Positions 57,912 through 64,000 of a stretch of DNA of 64,000 nt are shown here, piece after piece. The number at the start of each line of letters is the position of its first letter. The stretch's first letter is position 1. The notes beneath the pieces were generated by a model. That model saw only the letters and a list, made by a program, of their open reading frames with translations, did no database searches and was not told the DNA's origin. The DNA is taken from contig OZ242180.1 in NCBI GenBank assembly GCA_965205485.1, positions 4,864,001-4,928,000 on the forward strand, given 5' to 3'. The stretch comes from Candidatus Latescibacterota bacterium (GTDB taxonomy: Bacteria > Latescibacterota > UBA2968 > GCA-2709665). The translations under genes were made by a program, and so were the position numbers.

Positions 57912-59612
57912 GTGCTTTGCCGACTGCTGGTGGTCAACTACGCGTTGATCGACAGGATTGAAGTCGAATTCGGACCCGGGCTGAACATCATCACTGGAGA
58001 GACCGGCGCGGGAAAATCCATCCTCATCGGCGCTCTGGGCCTTGTTCTCGGAATGCGTGCGAGCCCGGAATTGGTCCGGACCCGCGAGAAGCGGTGTCTC
58101 GTGGAAGCCATCATCCGGTTGTGCCCCGATCACCGGTGTCTGCGCCTTCTGGACGCCATGGGTATCGACGCCGATCAGGGGGAACTGATCATTCGCAGGG
58201 AGGTCGTGGCGAATGGCCGAAGCCGCAGTTTCGTCAACGGCCTCGCCGTGCCCCTCCGCAGCCTGCTCGATCTGGCCGGAGCGCTGGTCGACCTGCACGG
58301 ACAGCACGATCACCAGTCACTTCTTTATACCGATCGGCACATCGACTTTCTGGACGGTTTCGCCGGCCTTGGAGCGCGCCGGGAGTCGGTCGGCGCGGCC
58401 CACCGTCGTCTGTCGGAACTTCTGGAAAGGCGGGAAAACGCGGACGACGAAGCCCGGAGGGCCCGTGACCGGAGGGAACTTCTGGAGTTCCAGGTTGAGG
58501 AAATCTCCTCGGCAGATCCGGAACCGGACGAGGACGAGCGACTCCTGCAGGAACAATCGCTGCTTACCCATGCCGAACGCCTGATCGAAACCGCCATGCA
58601 CCTCGAAGCCCTGCTCTACCAGGGGGACGACTCGATCGTGGATCGTCTGGGCGCGGCCGAGCAACTCCTGAAAGACGCCGTCAGGATGGACGAAACGCTC
58701 GCCCATCAAGCCGATGAACTTACCGGCCAGCGCTACGCGATTGAGGAACTTGCCCGATTCTTCGCGGATTACGCGCGCGGCGTCGAGCATAACCCGGAAC
58801 GCCTGGCGGAAGTCACCGGTCGCCTGGACCTCCTGGCGCACCTGAAGAAGAAATACGGAGGCAGCCTTCAGACAGTGCTCGAGTACCGGGAGAATGCGGA
58901 AGAGGAACTGGCGCAGTCCGAGCGTCTGGACCGTTCGCTTGCGAAAATCGAAGGAGAGATCGACGCCGCCCGCGCAAATCTGGCGGACCTGTGCGCCGGG
59001 CTCTCAGAAGCGCGTGAAGCCGCCGCCCGCGACCTCTCCAGGGAGACGACGGATGCGCTCGGCGACCTGGGGATTCCGAGGGCCGAGTTTCACGTTGAGC
59101 TTATCCGGGAAGAATCGCCCGACGGTTGGGTGAGCCTGGAAGGGCGGCAGTATCGAGCGGGACCCAAGGGCATCGAGCGCGTGGAATTCCATATCTCCAC
59201 GAACCCCGGCGAGGCCCTCAGGCCGCTGGTCAAGGTGGCTTCCGGCGGCGAAGTGTCCCGGATTATGCTTGCTCTGAAGTCCGTGCTCTCCCAATCCGAT
59301 CCGGTACAGGTCCTCATCTTCGACGAGATCGATATCGGTATCTCCGGCCGTATCGCGGACGTGGTGGGACGGAAACTCAAGAGCCTTTCGCGCGCGCGCC
59401 AGACCATCTGCATTACCCACCTGCCGCAGATCGCAAGAATGGCGGACACCCATCTGGCCGTGCACAAGGACGTATCGAACGGCCGCACCGTCACGCGGGT
59501 GATCCACCTGGGCGACGAAGACCGCGCCAGGGAACTTGCAAAGCTGCTGGGCGGAGAAAAAATCTCGGCCGTTACCATGGAACACGCCCGCGAACTGCTC
59601 AGTCAAAATTAA
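57912..59612 (+). CDS. recN: DNA repair protein RecN
   Basis: TGETGAGKS, LHGQHDHQ, ASGGEVSR, FDEID, ITHLPQ; GTG start. Confidence 0.97.
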   Translation: MLCRLLVVNYALIDRIEVEFGPGLNIITGETGAGKSILIGALGLVLGMRASPELVRTREKRCLVEAIIRLCPDHRCLRLLDAMGIDADQGELIIRREVVANGRSRSFVNGLAVPLRSLLDLAGALVDLHGQHDHQSLLYTDRHIDFLDGFAGLGARRESVGAAHRRLSELLERRENADDEARRARDRRELLEFQVEEISSADPEPDEDERLLQEQSLLTHAERLIETAMHLEALLYQGDDSIVDRLGAAEQLLKDAVRMDETLAHQADELTGQRYAIEELARFFADYARGVEHNPERLAEVTGRLDLLAHLKKKYGGSLQTVLEYRENAEEELAQSERLDRSLAKIEGEIDAARANLADLCAGLSEAREAAARDLSRETTDALGDLGIPRAEFHVELIREESPDGWVSLEGRQYRAGPKGIERVEFHISTNPGEALRPLVKVASGGEVSRIMLALKSVLSQSDPVQVLIFDEIDIGISGRIADVVGRKLKSLSRARQTICITHLPQIARMADTHLAVHKDVSNGRTVTRVIHLGDEDRARELAKLLGGEKISAVTMEHARELLSQN

Positions 59613-59660
59613 AGGCCCAACGGCGGAACCGCGCCGACCGGGTCGCTGCCGCAGCCGTAG

Positions 59661-59820
59661 CAGTCCGTTGATAAAGTCGCTCTGCAGGCGAGGCCGAGCC
59701 ATTGTGGCCGAAGACAAGGCGCGCGACCGAGTCCCATCCTGCGATTCGGCGAGGGAGCGCAACGCAGTATTTCGACCGCCAGGGCCGGCCGCAGCCCGGA
59801 TGGACTTTTTCAACGGGCTG
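59661..59820. mobile_element. MITE-like element (160 bp) with 18-bp imperfect terminal inverted repeats
   Basis: CAGTCCGTTGATAAAGTC ... GACTTTTTCAACGGGCTG (16/18 match), no coding capacity. Confidence 0.7.
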
Positions 59821-59834
59821 GAAGGGAATGCCGT

Positions 59835-60986
59835 ATGAAACCGAAGATTCCAGCCGAACTCCACGACGTCTACGAGAAAGTCCTCGCCGGCGAACGCCTT
59901 TCCGCCGCCGACGGCATGCGCCTTTACGATACGGCGAATCTCAACGCCGTGGGATACATGGCCAATATCGTCCGGGAGCGTCTCTGCGGGAACGTGGCCT
60001 GGTACGTGCGCAATCAGCACATCAACTACACCAACATCTGCAACAAGCTCTGCAGATTCTGCTCCTTCTACGTGCCGCCGAAGGACAGCCGGGGATATGT
60101 GCTCTCCCCTGAAGACATTCAGGAACGCGTAAGACAATATCTGCACATCCCCATCACCGAAATCCACATGGTCGCGGGAATCAACCCCAAACTGCCCTAT
60201 TCCTACTATATCGATATCGTCCGCGCGGTCAAGGACGTCCGTCCGGAGGTCGCCGTCAAAGCCTTTACCGCGATCGAGTGGGTGCAGATCGCCAGAGCCG
60301 CAAAGAAAACGCTTCGTGAGGTCATGCTGGAACTCAAGGCAGCGGGCGTCTCGTCGATTCCCGGCGGCGGCGCCGAAGTCTTCAGCGATCGTGTGCAGGC
60401 GGAGATGTTCTGGACGAAGGCAGACTCCGACGAATGGATGCGCGTTGCCCGCACAGCGCACGAAGTCGGCCTGCCCACCAACGCCACGATGCTTTACGGC
60501 CACATCGAGAATCCTGACGAACGGGTGCAGCATCTTGTCAGCCTTCGGGAACTCCAGGACGAAACCCGCGGCTTTCTGGCGTACATCCCGCTTTCCTTCC
60601 ACCCCGAACGCACCGAACTGGAGGACCTGCCGGCGCCCACCGGCGAAGCCGACCTGCGCGAGATCGCCGTCGCACGTCTCATGCTGGACAACTTCCCGCA
60701 TATCAAGTCGTTCTGGATCATGAACACCATCGAAATCTCACAGGTCGCCCTGTGGTACGGCGCGGACGACATCGACGGCACGATCCAGGAATACGAAATC
60801 ACGAGGCGCACGTACGAGGAGACCCGTCAGGTGCTCACCCGGAAACAGCTGGTGGAACGCATCATCGAAGCCGGTCGGGTGCCCGCGGAACGCGACAATC
60901 TCTACAACGAACTCCGCACGGGGCCGGACGTCGCCGTAGACCGGGACCCTGTGGCCGTACCCGGCGAGTTGCCCGTGCTTCCGTGA
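59835..60986 (+). CDS. mqnE: Aminofutalosine synthase (radical SAM)
   Basis: HINYTNICNKLCRFCSF, EIHMVAG, KAFTAIE, PGGGAE, NATMLYGH, HIKSFW, GADDIDGT. Confidence 0.92.
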   Translation: MKPKIPAELHDVYEKVLAGERLSAADGMRLYDTANLNAVGYMANIVRERLCGNVAWYVRNQHINYTNICNKLCRFCSFYVPPKDSRGYVLSPEDIQERVRQYLHIPITEIHMVAGINPKLPYSYYIDIVRAVKDVRPEVAVKAFTAIEWVQIARAAKKTLREVMLELKAAGVSSIPGGGAEVFSDRVQAEMFWTKADSDEWMRVARTAHEVGLPTNATMLYGHIENPDERVQHLVSLRELQDETRGFLAYIPLSFHPERTELEDLPAPTGEADLREIAVARLMLDNFPHIKSFWIMNTIEISQVALWYGADDIDGTIQEYEITRRTYEETRQVLTRKQLVERIIEAGRVPAERDNLYNELRTGPDVAVDRDPVAVPGELPVLP

Positions 60987-61041
60987 AGCAGCCCGCGGGA
61001 TTACGGCGTTTCGACCCACGTCGGTTTGCACCGTTACCTAC

Positions 61042-61065
61042 TGTGCCTTTTGTGCTTTTTGTGGC
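61042..61065 (+). repeat. 9-bp periodic repeat
   Basis: TGTGCCTTT-TGTGCTTTT-TGTGGC between mqnE and mqnC. Confidence 0.6.
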
Positions 61066-61127
61066 CAATGAAACGGTTATCTTCTTTGTCATGAAGCTGC
61101 GCATGGTCGGGCCCGGAGAATGGATCG

Positions 61128-62228
61128 ATGATCGACGATATCGCCAATAAGATCGACGCGGAAGAACGTATCTCGGTGGAAGACGCCCGCCGGCTGATGG
61201 CGCATCCCAACGTGACGGAACTGGGCATGCTGGCGGACGCCGTGCGCAGGCGCAAATGGCCGGCGGACGTGGTCACCTACAACATCGGCCGCAACATCAA
61301 CTATACGAACGTCTGCTGGGTGCGATGCGACTTCTGCGCGTTCTACCGCCCGCCCGGATCCGGCGAAGGGTACGTCCTGCCCCGGGAGGAGATTTTCCGT
61401 AAGATCGACGAACTGGTGGCCGCGGGGGGGCAGATTCTCAAATCCAACGAGATTCTCATGCAGGGCGGCCTGAATCCCAAGCTGCGCATCGACTACTACG
61501 AAGACCTCTTCTCCAGCATAAGGGAGCGCTATCCGTCGGTCCACCAGCATTGCCTGTCCGCCACCGAGATCATCTATATCGCGCACATCTCGCGGCTGTC
61601 CATCCCGGACTGTATCCGGCGCCTGCGGGACGCCGGCCTGGACTCCATTCCCGGCGCCGGGGCCGAGATCCTGTCGGACGACGTCCGGGACATCATCGGC
61701 TTCCGCAAGGACCGCGTGCACGAGTGGCTGGCGGTGCATCGCGCCGCGCATGAGCTGGGCATGCGCACCACCGCCACCATGATGTACGGCCACGTCGAAT
61801 CCGTCGATCAACGCCTCGAACACCTGAAACACATCCGGGACCTCCAGGACGACACCGGCGGTCTGACGGCATTCATTGCGTGGAATTTCCAGCCGGACGA
61901 TACCGATCTGGCAGCCGACAACACCCGCTGGAACGGCAGGATGGCCACCGGGTACGATTACCTGCGTACCATTGCGGTCTCCCGCATGTTCCTGGACAAC
62001 GTTTCCAGTTTTCAGGCCTCGTGGGTGACCCAGGGACCCAAGATCGCCCAGGTCGGCCTCAAATACGGCGTCAACGACTTCGGCAGCACCATGATGGAGG
62101 AAAACGTCGTCTCCGCCGCTGGTACCAGCCACACGGACGACATGAACCTTCCCACGATGTTACGCCTCATCCGGGGCGCCGGCTACCGGCCGGCAAGACG
62201 CGACACCCGGTACGAAATGGTGAACTGA
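61128..62228 (+). CDS. mqnC: Cyclic dehypoxanthinyl futalosine synthase (radical SAM)
   Basis: RNINYTNVCWVRCDFCAFYR, LMQGG, FQASWVTQG, NDFGSTMMEENVV. Confidence 0.93.
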   Translation: MIDDIANKIDAEERISVEDARRLMAHPNVTELGMLADAVRRRKWPADVVTYNIGRNINYTNVCWVRCDFCAFYRPPGSGEGYVLPREEIFRKIDELVAAGGQILKSNEILMQGGLNPKLRIDYYEDLFSSIRERYPSVHQHCLSATEIIYIAHISRLSIPDCIRRLRDAGLDSIPGAGAEILSDDVRDIIGFRKDRVHEWLAVHRAAHELGMRTTATMMYGHVESVDQRLEHLKHIRDLQDDTGGLTAFIAWNFQPDDTDLAADNTRWNGRMATGYDYLRTIAVSRMFLDNVSSFQASWVTQGPKIAQVGLKYGVNDFGSTMMEENVVSAAGTSHTDDMNLPTMLRLIRGAGYRPARRDTRYEMVN

Positions 62229-62239
62229 AAGCCGTGCGA

Positions 62240-63040
62240 ATGGCAACCCGCCTCGCTGTGGTCTCGTTCCTGAACACCCGTCCCCTGGTGCATGCCCTGG
62301 AGACCGGCCGAATCGAACATCGCTTCGATCTTGCCTACGACGTGCCCTCCCGCTGCGCGGAACGCCTTCACAGCGGCGATGCCGACGTTGCCCTCATCCC
62401 CTCCATCGAAGTCGCCCGCGGGCCCGTTCCATACCGCGTGGTGCCCGAAGTCAGTATTTCCTCCCTGGGGCCGGTCCGGAGCGTACTGCTCCTGCACCGC
62501 AAAGACCCGGCCGATATACGGACGCTCGCCCTCGACGTCAACTCCCGGACGTCCGCCGTCCTCAGCCGCATTCTATTGCAGAAGAGATTCGGGTGCAGGC
62601 CCGATATCCTCCACCTGCCTCCCGACGCCGGACGCATGCTGGATCGCGCCGATGCAGCCGTCATCATCGGAGACGCAGCCCTTGCCGTGGATGTGACGTC
62701 CTGTTCCGTGATCGATCTGGGCGAAGCATGGACCGGGCTGACGGGCCTTCCGTTCGTGTACGCCTGCTGGGCAGGCCGGTCCGATGCGCTGGATCCCGGT
62801 CAAACACGGCAGCTGATCCGGGCGAAGGCGCTGGGGGTCCGGGAGATCCCCGCGATAGCGGCGGATTGCGCGTCGTCCCATTCGGGTTCGGCTGAATTCT
62901 ATGCCGACTTCATGGGCAACCGGATCCGTTACGACTTTGGCGAGGCTGAAATGAAGGGCCTGAACCTCTTTTACAGATACGCACGCGAGTTGGGCAGTAT
63001 CGGAAACATCCCCAAAATTCGTTTCTACGCGCAATCCTGA
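62240..63040 (+). CDS. mqnA: Chorismate dehydratase (futalosine pathway)
   Basis: VSFLNTRPL, GPVRSV, SRTS, IIGDAAL, DLGEAW..LTGLPFVYA. Confidence 0.92.
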   Translation: MATRLAVVSFLNTRPLVHALETGRIEHRFDLAYDVPSRCAERLHSGDADVALIPSIEVARGPVPYRVVPEVSISSLGPVRSVLLLHRKDPADIRTLALDVNSRTSAVLSRILLQKRFGCRPDILHLPPDAGRMLDRADAAVIIGDAALAVDVTSCSVIDLGEAWTGLTGLPFVYACWAGRSDALDPGQTRQLIRAKALGVREIPAIAADCASSHSGSAEFYADFMGNRIRYDFGEAEMKGLNLFYRYARELGSIGNIPKIRFYAQS

Positions 63041-63076
63041 CACATCCGGCCGAACGTCGGAGGGAGGGCCTTTCCC

Positions 63077-64000
63077 ATGCCCAGAACCGGTCGTGCTTCG
63101 GTTCTCGTTGGCGAACGCTTTGAAGTCCGCGAGTATCCCGTCCCCGAACCCGCGCCGGGCACCGTCCTGTTGAGGCAGGAACTGGCCGGCATCTGCGGCA
63201 CCGACCTGCACAACTGGGAATACCAGAGACTGGCAGACGAGATGATCCTGGGACACGAAAACGTCGGAATCGTCGACACACTCGGCGAGGGCGTGACCCA
63301 CGACCACCTGGGGCGTCCCGTCAGAACCGGCGACCGGATCGCACTGGTGCCCGGAACGTCCCAGGGCGCATACGGATTCATCCCGGCTGAAGAACAGCCC
63401 TTTCTCCGGGGCGGTTTCGGCGAATACATCTATCTCTGGAACCCGGAGACCGTTTTCTTCAAGACCGATCTCCCGGCCGAAGTCGCCGTCCTGCTGGAGC
63501 CCTTCACAATCGGCGTACACGGCGTGATGCGGGCCGGCATTCAATTCGGAGACACCGTCGTCGTTCAGGGTTCGGGCGCGATCGGCCTCGTTACCCTCAT
63601 CTGCGCCAAAGTCAGCGGCGCCGGCCGGCTGATCATGGTCGGCGGACCGCCCGGACGCCTGGACCTCGCCCGCGAAATCGGCGCGGACGTCACCGTCGAC
63701 ATCGCCGAAGTGCCTGACCCGGAAGAACGAAAACGCGTGGTCAGAGACAGCACGCCCGGAGGGGCCGGAGCCGACGTTGTCTTTGAATGCGCAGGCTTTC
63801 TGCAGGCCCTGCCCGAGGGTCTGGACTACCTTCGCCAGGACGCCACCTACGTCGAAATGGGCCATTTCGTGGACGTCGGGTCTTTCGAATGCAACCCGAA
63901 CCGGATGTTCATGCGCAAGAATCTGCGCTTGGAAGCCGTCTGGGCGAGTTCACCCGACCATTTCGTGCGGGGCCTTCCCATCCTTGAGAAGAACGAATTC
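63077..64000 (+). CDS. Zinc-dependent alcohol dehydrogenase (partial, runs off right edge)
   Basis: Not in ORF track; MPRTGRA...GICGTDLH...ILGHENVG...VQGSGAIG; GGGAGGG SD. Confidence 0.9.
   Translation, partial: MPRTGRASVLVGERFEVREYPVPEPAPGTVLLRQELAGICGTDLHNWEYQRLADEMILGHENVGIVDTLGEGVTHDHLGRPVRTGDRIALVPGTSQGAYGFIPAEEQPFLRGGFGEYIYLWNPETVFFKTDLPAEVAVLLEPFTIGVHGVMRAGIQFGDTVVVQGSGAIGLVTLICAKVSGAGRLIMVGGPPGRLDLAREIGADVTVDIAEVPDPEERKRVVRDSTPGGAGADVVFECAGFLQALPEGLDYLRQDATYVEMGHFVDVGSFECNPNRMFMRKNLRLEAVWASSPDHFVRGLPILEKNEF

Overview
GC-rich bacterial chromosomal segment; the EF-hand/dockerin-like DFDGDG-VGF-DF module, many PhyH/Gfo-Idh-MocA/amidohydrolase paralogues and zapA-6S-rny synteny suggest an FCB-group organism such as Ca. 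Latescibacterota (inference only). About 1-47 kb is accessory catabolism and transport: five Fe/2OG (PhyH) dioxygenases, sugar-acid enzymes, two tRNAs (Val-GAC, Phe-GAA), an uncharacterised ABC-ATPase / DUF6785-like / degenerate-M28-FtsX / OPT-like membrane system, a microcompartment (BMC) locus, an ExbB/ExbD-like pair, a sigma70 gene with an SOS-box-like operator and a Cu-monooxygenase fusion. About 47-64 kb is core: queE, thrS-infC-rpmI-rplT, zapB-like/zapA/6S/rny/ymdB, xseAB, nadK, recN, mqnE/C/A. The most striking signal is the BMC locus: a 2-domain plus a 4-domain shell protein give exactly six different BMC domains, and one extra C (or a -1 slip) at their junction would fuse them, through a linker of normal length, into a single-chain six-domain hexamer. 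Also found: a candidate novel sRNA (39.1-39.25 kb), a switch-like thrS leader, a short 6S-like RNA, a MITE, an ATCCTG repeat tract and a Ser/Ser DapF. All family calls come from motif recognition by eye; no database searches were run.
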